A stretch of DNA of 64,000 nt from Callorhinchus milii (Eukaryota). The stretch is from assembly GCF_018977255.1 (NCBI RefSeq), contig NW_024704751.1, positions 16,244,001-16,308,000 of the forward strand, in the 5' to 3' direction. Below are positions 63,640 through 64,000 of this stretch, one piece after another (position 1 is the stretch's first letter; each line of letters opens with the position of its first letter). Below the pieces are notes generated by a model. That model worked only from the letters and a program-made list of their open reading frames with translations, was not told the origin of the DNA and searched no databases. A program made the translations under genes and the position numbers.

Positions 63640-64000
63640 TGCGGAAGGCTAACGAGGAAGTACCTGTTTAACATGGCTGTCAGGGCAGAGAGCGGTGTGA
63701 TGCCAGTTCTCACTGCTAATGAACCTCAACCTCATTTATAGGACAGTTATCTGATGAGGAGTAAATACTGAGCCACCATCTGGTCCACATCAAGGGAATA
63801 CAGTCTAAATTAGAGCGAGATGGTTAGAATTGAGATCAGAAATCATCCCTTCACACGGAGGGTTGTGAGAACGTGCAACCCTTCACCCCGGAAGGTTAAA
63901 TTAATCAGAAATAGATACTTACTTCTCTTGGTCCAGTGAGCAAAGAGCATAAGAGGAATTGCCGTGATCTAATAAATTGCGGAGCAGGCTGGGTGGGCTG
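63640..64000 (+). mobile_element. Decayed CR1 LINE 3' fragment
   Basis: AAGGGAATACAGTCTAAATTAGAGCGAGATGGTT...CCTTCACACGGAGGGTTGTGAGAACGTG... resembles CR1 ORF2 end and 3'UTR. Confidence 0.6.

Noticed and set aside
61000-64000. Search for the large EXT exon 1 or a nested gene
   Set aside because: No long ORF or EXT N-terminal motifs; appears to be intron 1 with repeat fragments.

Overview
Compact, GC-rich vertebrate gene block, very probably from a cartilaginous fish. The abundant tRNA-headed SINE and L2 pair resembles holocephalan/Callorhinchus repeats; this species call is an inference. Seven spliced protein-coding genes were reconstructed by hand with consistent GT-AG phases. In order they are MSRA-like (-, runs off the left edge), YTHDF2 (-), GMEB1 (-, first coding exon cut by a 629-N gap), a DNAJC5/cysteine-string-protein-like gene (+), TRIM63 (+), a MED30-like gene (+) and an EXT1-like/EXTL1 gene (-, exon 1 beyond the right edge). 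YTHDF2, GMEB1, TRIM63 and EXTL1 mark the segment equivalent to human 1p35-36. The MSRA-, DNAJC5- and MED30-like genes have no counterpart on human chr1 and look like whole-genome-duplication paralogues retained here, while SLC30A2 appears to be missing. Other notable structure includes a ~150-bp inverted repeat beside the GMEB1 promoter and two templated direct duplications that flank exons. There is also a GRE+FOXO module upstream of TRIM63, an RCGY cluster at the GMEB1 promoter, and a candidate extra exon and an overlapping uORF in YTHDF2. Most other ORFs in the track are repeat, antisense or low-complexity artefacts. Human sequences, exon sizes and gene orders are quoted from memory, not from a database search.
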